NCBI GenBank assembly: GCA_977017645.1
Contig: OZ360227.1
Location: 126,356,001 to 126,420,000 of the forward strand
Length of the DNA stretch: 64,000 bases
Direction of reading: 5' to 3'
Source: Torpedo marmorata
Lineage: Eukaryota
Below, piece by piece: positions 37,001 through 48,915 of the stretch. The notes beneath the pieces are model-generated. The model saw only the letters and a list, made by a program, of their open reading frames with translations, did no database searches and was not told the DNA's origin. Position 1 is the first letter of the stretch; each line of letters opens with the position of its first letter. The position numbers and the translations under genes were made by a program.

Positions 37001-38699
37001 GCAGTTTTTAAAAATAAGGAACAATTAGACCATAGATTCCATTTATCATGGTATTCTAAACTATTTAGACTTTCAATGAAGTAAATGAAAATAATTTTAT
37101 TCTGTCAAAACATTGTGCAGACCTTGTAATTTTGAATTTGTTTCTTTTGGGGAGATCAAATGCAAAATGAATGGATTTTGTAATGAAAATTGCTTGATTA
37201 TCCAATTCTCACTGTTTTGGAGGTGGTAGGAATACAGTACTGATTTAAAAGCAGATTGGCTCTCAGCTGCACCCATTCTCCTCAAGCACTAAGGATGAGG
37301 AACATGTCAACAGCATTTCAATGCCAGATATATGTATTACTTTTCTGTGAAATGATTAAAATGGCAGTAGTGATCAATTTAAAACTCTGACATTTAAAGC
37401 AATATGTGAGTCTGAGAACAAACCTTCATTGTTCAGTTAACTTGTACTGATTCCTGCAGTGAATAGAAAATCAGATTGTATATTCATGCTCCTTCAGATT
37501 GACGTAATTAATGTTTTGCATGTTTTGAAGGGCAAAACCAATCAAACTACCTTTGTTATGGAATCATAATGTAGCATTGTTTCAAGGTGATTGAAAATTG
37601 AGATTTTTTTAAACAAAGTATTATTTCCTGGTAGCTACTGTAGAGGAAAAGATCTTCATTATTCCGGTTTTGGTCATCGGCTGCATCTCCTGAGCTGCAG
37701 TTTCATTATGTGTTCTCACATACTTGCCTTTTACCATTAGCTTTAATAACTGTACTCTGTGCTATAAACTTAAATGATCTACATTTGACATGAAAATTGC
37801 AGAAAGTTCCAAAAGGTGAAGTCTTATCATTGTGTGCAATCTCTGGAGAACTAGAACATTGACCAGATGACTTGCCTGCTATTTCCACATCATCCTATTT
37901 ACAACAGTGGAATGAATGCACATGAACAAACCAGACCTTGCAACAAGCTTCTCTGTTCATGTGCTTCGAGTTCAATATAAGGAAGATTCAGGAACGCTTG
38001 CAGATGTTTGGGGAAATTCTTTTTCAGTGCTGTTGTGTAGAATTTATGCATGCATGCATCACATCAACTGTGAAAAGTTGCTGGGGAAATCTCAGCAAAC
38101 AGAGAGCAAGATTCAGAACTGATTTTGAACTGAGCACATTATAATCAATCAGTCACTGACAGCACATTATTATTAAAGATGGCATTTCTTTTTACTAAAT
38201 TGATTTGGCTATAGGTCAAAACTATAAAAAAGTCAAACTTAAACAATAGCTTCTGTGTTTCTTTTGTGGACTCCTTGCAACTTTCTGCACTGTTTTCCAG
38301 TTCATAATAAGCCTGAATGATACATTTACAGATGTTTGATTAATTTTGGATTTTTTTGGCAAGTTAATAAAGATGTAGTTTTACCAATGCTACAGGCATT
38401 ATTTTTTTAAATGTCACATGCAGTTAAGTCTTCGGTGATTTTCAAGGTTGGATCTGGAAATGTGCTTTGTACTAAGTGCATTTATACAATCTACTATATT
38501 ATTAAAAGCTGTGTTTTCTATTTGACCATTCTATTATGTTTATCGGTGTGATCAAAACTCAGATTAATTTGTGATTTTTGTTTTAAATCATTCACCAAAC
38601 TCGTTGAAGTCATATTTGCTGTCATTATTTTGGTTTGGTTGACTGTCATCGGTGTGCACTGTATCAAATGTGCTGTATTAATGCTGAAGGATTTGATGG

Positions 38700-39775
38700 G
38701 TGAGGGATCCATTCCAGTTCGCCTATCATAGCAACAGGTCTACGGCGGGTGCCATCTCACTAGCTCTACACAAAGGCCAGGAACACCTGGACAGCAAAGA
38801 TGCATACATCAGGATGTTCTTTATCGACTACAGTTCGGCATTTAACACCATCATCCCCTCAAAAAAATTTTTAAAAAAATATTTTATTTAAAATTTTTAA
38901 ATCACAAAATACATAAAATAAAATATACAGTTATGAAATTATTTGTGATACATTTTCACCCCCCCTCCCTCCCCTCCCCAACCCTCCCAATCCCACTAAT
39001 CTACAAAAAACAAAAAAAACATCCCCTCAAAATTGATCAGCAAACTCCAAGACATGGGAGTTAACACCCCACTGCGTAATTGGATCATGGATTTCCTCAC
39101 CTCCAGACCACAACCAGTGAAGATTGATAAGAACACTTCCTCCACAATCTACATCAGTACTGGAGCACCATAGGGCTGTGTTCTTAGCCCCCTGCTCTAC
39201 TCACTTTACACTTATGACTGTGTAGCTCGGCATGACAATAACACCATCTACAAGTTTGCTGACGATACCACGATAGTGGGTTGTGTTAAGGAAGGGGATG
39301 AGTCAGCATACTGGATGGAGATTGAAAACTTGGCTGAATGGTGCACCAACAACAACCTTCGACTCAATGTCACCAAAACTAAGGAGCTGATTGTTGACTT
39401 CAGGAAAGGAAAGCCAGAGGTATACAATCCAGTGATCATTGGGGGATCAGAGGTGGAGAGGGTGAGCAAATTTAGGTTCTTGGGAGTCACTATCTCGGAG
39501 GATCTTTCCTGGACCCAACACACCAATGGCATCATAAAGAAAGCACTACTCTAGGAATTGATAGACTTACTTATATCCCTCTATATTTCTGAGCTCCATG
39601 TACCTCTTAAAAGTCCCAATAGAATCCGCCTCCACCATAGAATCATGCACCCATTCCAATTCCAGGGGCTCGAAAGAGTCCTGTATTGTTATTTTTCGTC
39701 ATTACCTCCCCGAGTCGGGAGTGGGTACGTTTCGGGCCTGCTGCGACAATAAATCTGAAATCTGAATCTGAAATG
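38700..39775 (+). mobile_element. Rex/Babar-like LINE RT fragment with tail
   Basis: QFAY...DYSSAFNTI (38700-), G.P.GCVLSPLLY, KFADD, LNVTKTKELIVDFR; tail GACAATAAA(TCTGAA)n at about 39745-39775; 39550-39740 does not resemble the other Rex copies. Confidence 0.8.
38865..39019 (-). mobile_element. Severely truncated L1 3' end inserted in the Rex LINE
   Basis: 13-bp TSD CATCCCCTCAAAA (38852-38864, 39020-39032); sequence matches the L1 3'UTR at 60816-60960. Confidence 0.85.
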
Positions 39776-40600
39776 AGCAAACCTGAGTAATACACTGAGT
39801 AACATACTAATACATGTGAGTCATATAATTTATTCTATCTTTCATTTATCAATTGTTAAGTAGTGATGGTGATAAAACTACCGTACTCCTGTTTTGATTT
39901 AATTTTACTTTGTACACTTTTGATATTTGCATTGATTTTATACATGTGTATTCTGATAAAGATAAGAGATGCAGTAGAATTAAAATCACACCATGCTGGC
40001 TGTTGCCACAGTATATCTTGACATTGAATGTAATCCTGTATTTTAGTTTGGCTAAAGGTCATTCCAGATCTTGAATAGCAACAGAATCTTGATACAAATC
40101 AATCCTTCCTACATTTTACTTGAATTTCAGTTTCAGATTTTATTTTTATAGCAAGTGCATGACTCTTTAATATACAAGTGAGCTCTGTTTTGCTTTATCA
40201 TTTAAAAAAAAAAATCTTTGAATGCTAGACAAGAATTTCATCACCGACACTGCAAACTAAATACAGACTGAATAATTTTAAATTAATTTAACAAAACTAA
40301 GTAAGAATAGAAGACTTGGTTCATATAGCAGTTTAATAGGTTCCTCAATAACATTCTAAAGTACACTATGATGAGCAGTATCTATCGTTCTCTAAGCAGT
40401 CTCTTTGCACACAGAATAAGATGAAAGATTAGTTCATCTTTTTTATTTGGGACAACAGGCAGAGAAAGGGATAGTGACCAAGGCAATCAGAATTCTTTCG
40501 GGGTCGCTTCAAATTTTGATAATGGTATAAAATACTTGGTATTGGATTGACCATCCGCTGACTTCAATATCCAGTATTACCCATTTTGTGCTTACTCAGT

Positions 40601-40952
40601 AGGCCCTTTCACACCGCCGAGTACATGTGGGTTAACCGGGCAATTTACCCAGTAATCGTGCGGTGTGAAACGTCCCAACCAGGCAGGGCATGTCAAATTC
40701 AACCGGGCTCGGAGACATGGTGGGGGGGGGGGGTACTCTTGGAGCTCGGCCGAGTTAACCCGCCAATCGTCTTCTGGCGGTGTGAAAGCACAACCTGCTC
40801 TCGCATTGTCACCGCTGGAGCTTAAAATCCCCGGTTGCCGATTTACCAGGTAATTCATGCTGCAGTGTGAAAGGCCCTGGAGGTGCAGCCTTCCCGGGAA
40901 ATTTACCCGGTTCCTAGGAGGGTTGGCAGGAATCGGCAGTGTGAAAAGGCCT
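40601..40952. mobile_element. PIF/Harbinger-like MITE, short form (same family as 33013-34006)
   Basis: TIRs AGGCCCTTTCACAC / GTGTGAAAAGGCCT; shares gagttaac..c.aatcg.cttctggcggtgtgaa and the cttaaaatccc...ttcctagg.gggttggc blocks with the long form. Confidence 0.75.
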
Positions 40953-41113
40953 ATTGACCCCTTATTCCTTGAACTGTGCCACCAAAAGAACTGAAAAAAA
41001 AGTCATACCATTCAATGCCACACTGGAATTTTAGTCTGGAACATAAATTAGCTCTTGCGCACGGCTTGAACTGATTCTCTACCACTGAGCCATGTTAACA
41101 ATGAAATACACAG

Positions 41114-41153
41114 CAGGAATCTAATCTCTGATTCAGGAATCTAATCTCTGATT
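41114..41153. repeat. Perfect 20-bp tandem duplication CAGGAATCTAATCTCTGATT x2
   Basis: Directly visible. Confidence 0.9.
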
Positions 41154-41159
41154 CAGTTA

Positions 41160-41960
41160 TAACACACTCAACTTGGAACCAGAAGGTTGTGGGTTCAGGA
41201 CTTGCTCCAGGGGTCTGAGCACAAAAATGTAAACTAAATTCTTGTATCGTGCTCAGGGGATGCAATATGCTGTGTTGTTGACGATGCATGTGTTTGAAAC
41301 TGATTTCCTATCTGTCTCTTCAGGCAGGGTTTGGAGGGGGGGGGGGTAAAAGATCCTGTGGAAATACTTCAACAAAAAGTGTGGGAGTCAATATTTATCC
41401 CTCCATTAATATCACAAAAGCAGATTACAGATTTGATCATTTATATTTTGCTGCTATGGGGTCAACTGAACTATAAATCTGCCCTAAAGCAGTAAATCAG
41501 TGGTTTTCAAACTTTCTCTTTCCACTCACATACCACCTTAAGTAATCACTATGCCATAGGTGTTCTGTGATTAGTAAGGGATTACTTAGGGTGGTATGTA
41601 AGTGGGAAAAAAAGGTTGAGAACCACTGCTCTAGACCCAATTGTTACTGAAATATTTTGCTTGAGAAAAATTGTCATTGGCCCATTTCCTTTGGAGTTAT
41701 GAAACCGTGCACATAACGAGTCAATTAGGTACGATTAAAACAGTGATTTTCAAACTTTTTCTTTCCACTCACATACCACCTTAAGTAATCCCTTACTAAT
41801 CACAGAGCACCTATGGCATAGGGATTACTTATGGTGGTATGTGAGTGGAAAGAAAAAGTTTGAAAACCACTGCAGTAAATGCACTTCAAAGGTCAATTGT
41901 ACAACATTTGGGGAATCTTGAGGTTTCAAAAAGCAGTATGTAAATTCCATCTTGCTTTCC
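41160..41960 (+). mobile_element. Deu-domain SINE relic with tRNA-like head, interrupted by a composite hAT element
   Basis: cagaaggttgtgggttca head; taaaagatcc...caatatttatccctc...cagatta core; gcacttcaaa...ttgggg...tgagg tail resumes after 41880. Confidence 0.6.
41498..41872. mobile_element. Composite hAT element: two inverted about 131-bp MITE units (41498-41628, 41741-41872) around a 112-bp spacer
   Basis: Each unit CAGTG.TTTTCAAAC...GTT.GA.AACCACTG; the only 8-bp TSD (CAGTAAAT, 41490-41497 and 41873-41880) flanks the outer ends. Confidence 0.85.
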
Positions 41961-43765
41961 ACTTTTCATAAATTTTGTACATGTGCTGAGAAGGTTGTGG
42001 AGACTGCACTGCCAATTCCAAAGTATTCCTGAGCTCCTTTCATCTCAGATGGAAGCATCAGGGAAGATGCTTATCCCAGGCAGGGACTTGTTTTATTTAC
42101 ATAATTCACAACACAATAATATCCTCAATATCACACGACATTTTTAACTAGCACACGCAGAAGACCCACACTGTTCTAAAGCAAACAGAAGGTATTGGCA
42201 GCAGCCATTGGAGAGGCTAGAACCCGCTTGGCTGAGGGCTTAATTTTACCCCTTCTATGGAGTGCTGCTTTTAGCCCATGAACAAAGCTCCAAGCACCTT
42301 CCCAAATATAGCCCGGAATTTTCTCTAGTTTTGCTTTTCCATCCAGGACCAGCATTACACTGGAAACCTCTCTACTACCAAGTAATGGTGTCGGGGAAGG
42401 TCTCCAAGAAATCTGGGGAACAGAGGAGTTGGAATAGTAGCCCTGATGATGATGAAAGACCATATGAGAGATCACAGGCAGAGTAAAGTTAAATACTTTA
42501 TTTTAGGAGGTTTATCGAGATTACCTGATTGCAGCTGTGACAATGGCAGAATGCAGAAATCAGACAAATCAGTAAAATCAGTGTGAGCTTTAACTTTCTT
42601 GATGATTGGGGATAAGGAAATTTAATATCCAATAGCTATTAAATTTCTGCATTTTTTTTTTGCAGGTTAGTTTCAAGCAGTGGTACATCCAAAGATCAAC
42701 AAGGCAGCTAACCCTAATAGAGGTGGTATTGAGTGATGAGGCAGATGTGGCTAATAACCTAATGGCACCTGAGCTTTCATCATAATAGTGATGAAAATGC
42801 AGTGGAGTTCAAATTGGTGATCGAAAAGAAGAAATGCAAAATAGATGGCCAAGGCTGACTTTGTGAACCGTCTGGACAAATCTACTAATGAGTAAAATCA
42901 CAGCAAAGCAACGGGAGGTTTTCAAGATAATTTAATGTAGCGTAGAACTAGTTTATACCCTCAAAGGCAAAGCAAACTTTTAAAATGATCATTGATCAAG
43001 ACAACATAAAATTTTATAAAGCACATAATAGAGATTTGGGTGGCTGGCAGGATTCAAAGAAAACAATGTTATAAAACCAGTAAACACAAGAAGAGAGCAT
43101 AAGAAAATATCAGAAAGAAACCTCAAAATTTTTGCAATAAAATTTGATTTAAAAAGACAAGTAGCAGCAATAATCCTTCTTTGAAATGGAAAATATTGAT
43201 GCTCTAAACAAAAATAATAAAATGAAAATGCTGAATATTTGCTAAGCATAAGTAATCACAGCCGAGGAAGAGGATAGCATTTTAGAAGTTCTTAAGAAAA
43301 CTAACATCAATAAGGGAAAGAAGTAAAACACGAAAATCTGTAGACACCGTGGTTAAAGTAAAAAACACAAATTCTGGAGAAACTCAGCAGGTCAAACAGT
43401 GTCTTTTATGTAGCAAAGGTAGAAATACATAACTGACGTTTCGGGCTTGAGCCCTTCATCAAAGTATGAGAAAATACCGGCAGGCGTCCGAAAAAAAGAG
43501 TGAGGGGGGAAGGGGGAGTGGCAAAGGCAGGAGATGATAGGTAGAGAAAGGAGGGAGGGGACAGCAGCAAAGAGGGGGAGGAGGGATGGCTGGGAGGGTG
43601 GAAAAAAACCAGGAAGGACAGGTGAGGGGGGAGGGGAAGGAAAAGATGAGGGGTCTTGCCTGTGTAGGCTTGCAGCAAGGATTGCTCCACAAAGCCCATA
43701 ACAGGCAGGCGTAGCTGGGACCCATGCGGGTACCCATGGCCTAGATGAACTAGTTTCATCTTACC

Positions 43766-45210
43766 TTGACTCCATCTTCTCCCCTGATCCAATCCCTCCC
43801 CACCTACATCCGCGACACCTCACATGCCATCCATCTCCTCAATGACTTCAGATTCCCTGAACCGGACCGCATCATCTTTACCATGGATGTCCAATCCCTT
43901 TATACCTCTATCCCCCACACAGAAGGTCTGAAAGCACTTTGCTTCTTCCTGGACTAAAGACCCTCTACCACAAGCCTCCTCTGCCTGGCAGAACTTGCTC
44001 TCACTCTCAATAACTTCTCCTTCAACTCATCCCACTTCCTCCAAATCAAAGGAGTAGCGATGGGTACCCACATGGGTCCCAGCTACGCCTGCCTGTTTGT
44101 GGGCTTAGTGGAGCAATCCATGCTGCAAGCCTACACAGGCAAGACCCCTCATCTCTTCCTCCGTTATATCGACGACTACATCGGGGCTGCCTCATGCACC
44201 CGCGATGAGCTTGTCAACTTCATCCACTTCTCATCCAACTTCCACCACGATCTCAAACTCACCTGGTCCATCTCCGATAACACTCTCCCCTTCCTGGATC
44301 TCTCTGTCTCCATCTCAGGAGACAAGCTTTCCACCGACATTTACTACAAACCCTCCAACTCCCACAACTATCTGGACTACACTTCCTCACACCCTGTCCC
44401 CTGCAAGGATTCCATCCCCTTCTCTCAATTATTCCGTCTCCACCGCATCTGTTCCCAAGATGAGGTGTTGCAGTCCAGATCTTCTGAAATGTCTGCCTTT
44501 TTCCACAAACGTGGCTTCCCCTCCACCACCATCAACTCAGCCCTCACCCGCATCTCCTCCATTTCCCGCTCATCTGCCCTGGCCCCCTCTGCCCCCAGAC
44601 GCAACAAACATAGAATCCCCCTCATCCTCACCTACCACCCCACCAACCTCCGCATCCAACACATTATCCGCCGGAATTTCCGGCACTTACTACAGGATCC
44701 CACCACCAGACACATTTTTCCTTCTCCTCCCCTCTCGGCCTTCCGTAGGGACCGCTCCCTCCGCGATTCCCTAATGCACTCATCCCTCCCCACCCATCGC
44801 ACCCCCGGCAACTTCCCCTGTGTCCGCAGGAGGTGCAACACCTGCGCCCACACCTCCCCCCTCACCACGGTCCGGGGCCCCAAACAGGCCTTCCAAGTGA
44901 AACTACACTTCACTTGTACATCCAGAGAACTTATTTACTGCATCGGGTGCTCCCTTTGTGGCTTTCTCTACATCGGAGAGACCGGTTGTAGATTGGGAGA
45001 TCGCTTTGCTGAGCACCTCCTCTCCGTCCGCAACAACAGCGACCTCCCAGTAGCCTACCATTTCAATTCCGGGTCACACTCTCTGTCCATGGCCTTATGT
45101 ACTATCCCACCCAGACTACCCGCCAAGTGGAGGAACAACATCTAATTTTCCGTCTGGGCACTCTCCAGCCAGATGGCATTAACATTGACTTTTCTGCTTT
45201 CCATAAACCT
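43766..45210 (+). pseudogene. PLE reverse transcriptase / GIY-YIG endonuclease, 5'-truncated with stop and frameshift
   Basis: RT motifs DVxSLY, GxxMG, YIDD; C-terminal CxxC and GIY-YIG-type LIY...YIGET. Confidence 0.88.
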
Positions 45211-45391
45211 GCTTTTCGTTTCCTTCCCTTCCCCCTCACCTGTCCTTCCTGTTTTTTTTCCACCCTCCCAGCCATCCCTCCTCCCCCTCTTTGCTGCTGT
45301 CCCCTCCCTCCTTTCTCCACCTATCATCTCCTGCCTTTGCCACCCCCCCTTCCACCCTCACTCTTTTGTTCGGACGCCTGCCGGCATTTTC

Positions 45392-45432
45392 TCATACTTT
45401 GATGAAGGGCTTAAGCCCGAAACGTCGGTGAT
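45392..45432 (+). ncRNA. Minimal type I hammerhead ribozyme motif in the PLE pLTR
   Basis: UUGAUGA-A-GGGC(UUAA)GCCC-GAAAC-GUC; inverted copy at about 43431-43468; PLE pLTRs are known to carry minimal hammerheads; position 3 is U rather than C. Confidence 0.6.
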
Positions 45433-46244
45433 GTATTTCTACCTTTGCTACATAAAAGACACTGTTTGACCTGCTGAGTTTCTCCAGCATTTGTGTTTTT
45501 AACATCAATAAGGGATTGGGATCACTTTTTCCTCTCTGCCTCATGTCAGGAAAGTAAAAAATAATGTATGCAGAGAGTAATAAATATCTAGGACCAGATC
45601 ATCTTTCCATCTTGGGGTTTAAAAGTAAATGAGACTGTTGCCCTTATTATAATTATTGAAATTCTCTTGATTTGAGATAAATGCTTTTAGATTGGAGAAA
45701 TATCTGAGCTATTCTGAAATTTAAGAAAGGTGAGAAAGAACATTCGGGAGGAAAGCCAAGCATCAGTTGAGAAATTGCTGGACTCTGCAATTAACTGTGG
45801 ATTGACTGAACACCTTGAAAATTAGATCATGCTTGACAAACCTAATTGAGTTTAGTGGGAGAGCTGAGGAAGGTCGTGGGCAGTGCAGTGCTATGGAAGT
45901 TAATCATATGGACTTCTGGAAGGTACTTGGTAAAATCCCTCAAGAAATAGTTAACTAAAGTTGAGGCTCATGGAATTGAAAGCAAATTATTGACCTGGTT
46001 AGAGAATTAACTGAGCATCGGGAGAGAAAAGTAATAGCAGGCAGGCACCTAAATTGGCAGGATGAGACTAGTGGGATTTGTTATGTATCTGCAACTATTC
46101 ATTGTATTTATAGATGGCTGGAAACCAGTTTACCCATTGTAGTGTGATTCTGTTTCAAAGGACAACTGATAGGATGAGTGAATAGGTGGTATGATATGTT
46201 GTCTCTGTTTTTACAGAGGTCCATAAGTTAAATGTTTTTTTCAT

Positions 46245-46490
46245 TTTTAAATTTAGAGATACAGCACGGTAACAGGCCCTTCCGGCCCACTAGCTACCCA
46301 AATACACCAATTAGCCTACAAACCCCGAACACTTTTGGAGGAAGGAAACCAGAGTACCCGGAGGAAACCCACGCAGACATGGGGTGAACGTACAAACTCC
46401 TTACAGACAGCGTCGGATTCTAACCTGAGTCACTAGTGCTGAAATAGTGTTGCATTAACTGTGCTGCCCTCTACGTTAACCATGCTGCCC
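46245..46490 (-). mobile_element. HE1-type V-SINE
   Basis: tRNA head, V-domain (gtacgttcacccc...gggtttcctccgggtactctggtttcct), HER1-like tail gggccggaagggcctgttaccgtgctgtat. Confidence 0.85.
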
Positions 46491-46667
46491 TATGGATTTT
46501 ATCCACAAGTAAAAAAATAAACAAAAATCTCACTCAATATACTAATTATACCACCATGAACAGCATCAAAAGCACCTATGAATAATGGGAAAGAAAGATT
46601 GCTAAAAGTGAAGAAAGAAACTAGTTCACTTATTTTGAGGGAACAAACTTACTTTGGTATTTAATAA

Positions 46668-48343
46668 AGAGTGAAACACAAAAGTCTGCCGATGCTGTGA
46701 TTGTACTAAAAACACAAAAATGCTGGAGGAACTCAGCAGGTCGTGCAGGGTCCATTGGAGGTAAAGATATGTAACCAACCATTTCGGGCCTGAGTCCTTC
46801 CTCAAGGTATGAGCAAAAAGAAACAGGTGCCTGAATAAAAAGGCTGGGGGAGAAGGGAAAAAAGGGCAGTGGGAGGAGCACAGGCCAACAGACAAAAGGT
46901 GATAATTGGACATGGATAGGAGGACAGCAGAGGAAAGGTAAGAATTGATCAGGGGAGGGGGTGGCTCTGTGAATGCAGAGCTGGAGGAAAGGAGACAAGG
47001 AAAGAGAGAGGGACGGAACTAGAGGAAAGGAGGAATGGGGAAGGGGAGAGACGGGGGAGCTGAAGGAAACTGGAGTTTGATGTTAATGCCATATGGTTGG
47101 AGGGTACCCAGATGGAATATAAGGTGGTGTTCCTCCAATTTGCGGATGGTCTCAGTCTGGCTGTGCATGAGACCATGGACAGACCTGTCGGCATAGGAAT
47201 GAGGCAGGGAATTAATATGGCTTGCCGCTGGGAGATCTCTTGCTTCACTTGGAAGGACTGTTTGGAGCCGTGAATGGTGGTGCAGGAGGAGGTGTGGGCG
47301 CAAGTGGAGCTCCTCCTGCGGTTATAGGGGTAGGTGCCAAGGGGGCGATTGGTGGGAAGGGAGGAGTGGAGGAGGGAGTCATGAAGGAACAGTTTCTGCA
47401 GAAGGCAGAGAGGGAAGGAGAGGGGAAGATGTGTCTGGCGGTGGGATCACGTAAGTGGTCGAAATGGCGGAGGATGATGTGTTGGATGCGGAGGCTGGTG
47501 GGATGGTAGTAAAGGACAAGAGGATGTTGCGTGAAGGGGCAGATGTACGGGTAATGGAGGATATGCGGGTGAGGGCCAAGTTGATGGTATTAGAGGGGAA
47601 GCCACATTTTTTGAAGAAGGACGTCTGATGATCTGGCATGGAAGACCTTGTCCTGGGAGCGATGGAGACGGAATAATTGCGAGAGGAATGGAATCCTTAT
47701 AGGGGACAGGGTGTGAAGAGGTGTAGTCAATGTAGCTGTGGGAGTTCGAGATCAAGAAAGGGGAGAATGTTGCTAGAGATGGACCAAGTGAATTTGAGGT
47801 TGGAGTGAAAGTTAGCAGCAAAGTGGATGAAGTTGACGAGCTGATCATGGGTGCAGGAGACAGCACCAAAATAGTTGTCAATGAAGAGGAGATAGAGTTG
47901 AGGGATCTTGCTTGTCACATAGATTGCTTCACGTAGCCAACAAAAATGCAGGCATAGCTGGGTCCATGCGAGTACCCATTGCTACCCATTTTCTTAGAGA
48001 AAGTGGGATGAGTCAAAGGAGAAGTTATTGAGGGTGAGGACAAGTTCTGCCATCCGAAGTGTGGTGTGGAAGGGGACTGGTTGGGTCTGTTGTTGAGGAA
48101 GAAACAAAGGGCTTTGAGGCCTTCAGTGTGGGCGATAGTAGTGTATAGTGATTGGATGTCTATGGTGAAGATAAGATGGTCGAGTTCAGGGAACTGGAAG
48201 TTGTTGAAGTGATGGAGGGCATGTGAAGTATCACAGATGTAGGTGGGGAGGGTCTGGACCAGAGGAGACAAAACTGAGTCGAGGTAGCAGTTCAGTGGAG
48301 CACACGGAAACGATGGGTTTGGTGGGACAATTGGGATTGTGAA
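46668..48343 (-). mobile_element. Second, more decayed Penelope-like element
   Basis: Minus ORF fragments TIDIQSLYTTIAH, FIDNY, EEHHLIFHLGTLQPYGINI; pLTR with hammerhead-like TTGAGGAAGGACTCAGGCCCGAAA; 12-bp TSD GGTATTTAATAA (46656-46667, 48344-48355). Confidence 0.85.
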
Positions 48344-48915
48344 GGTATTTAATAATATCGTGGGAGCTTGATCAGATGTTGAGGTGTCTATAAGTCAGGT
48401 GTTTGTAACCCGTGGACAACCTACATGGCAAATAGATTTGAATGTAGGCAAAGCTGTCCAGAACAGACTTGGATATTTCCTAAATAGTGAAATGCATTTA
48501 CGAAGGTATTTAAAATCCATCAACATGGTTCCATCAAGAAGCCTAGCATATTGGAGAATAGCAGTTGTGCTACCACTATAAAAATACTGGTTAGACCATA
48601 CCCATACTATTATGAACCTACTACCTGGGCAAAATGATCTACTGGAGGAATTCAGCAGGATGAGCAGCATCATTTGGAGAAAAAAAATTGTCAACATTTC
48701 AGATCCAATCCTTTTATAAAGATTAATAGTGCAGAGGAGAGATAGCTACTGTAACAAGGACCGGGTAGGAGGGGTTTGACAGGGGCCACTTGGGGGGATT
48801 GGTGAACCAGTGAGAGATGAAAGATGGCGGACAGAAGCAGTTGATTGGCAGATGCCAGACAAGAAAGAGACAAGAGAAACAAAAGAGGCAACTGGAGGAA
48901 GATGAGTCATACATG

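Larger units (their letters stand above)
43318..45499 (+). mobile_element. Penelope-like element (RT plus GIY-YIG) with inverted 5' pLTR
   Basis: ORFs 43766-43957 (FTMDVQSLYTSIPH) and 44060-45145 (MGTHMGPSYA, RYIDD, PFLD, LIYCIGC..C...YIGETG.RL..RF.EH); 16-bp TSD TAACATCAATAAGGGA (43302-43317, 45500-45515); inverted terminal copy 43318-43740. Confidence 0.92.
42500..46200 (+). mobile_element. Very old CR1 ORF2 relic hosting the PLE at 43318-45499
   Basis: Decayed CR1 phrases (aaatatctaggaccagat, atcatgcttgacaaacctaattgagttt, tatggacttctggaaggtacttggtaaa, gctcatggaattgaa); boundaries approximate. Confidence 0.55.

Noticed and set aside
41062-41092. tRNA-like A box/B box on the minus strand (TGGCTCAGTGGTAGAG...GTTCAAGCC)
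   Set aside because: The boxes are too close together for a cloverleaf; at most a deleted SINE head
44205-44774. 189-aa Ser/Pro/Thr-rich mucin-like ORF
   Set aside because: Alternative frame of the C-rich PLE RT sequence
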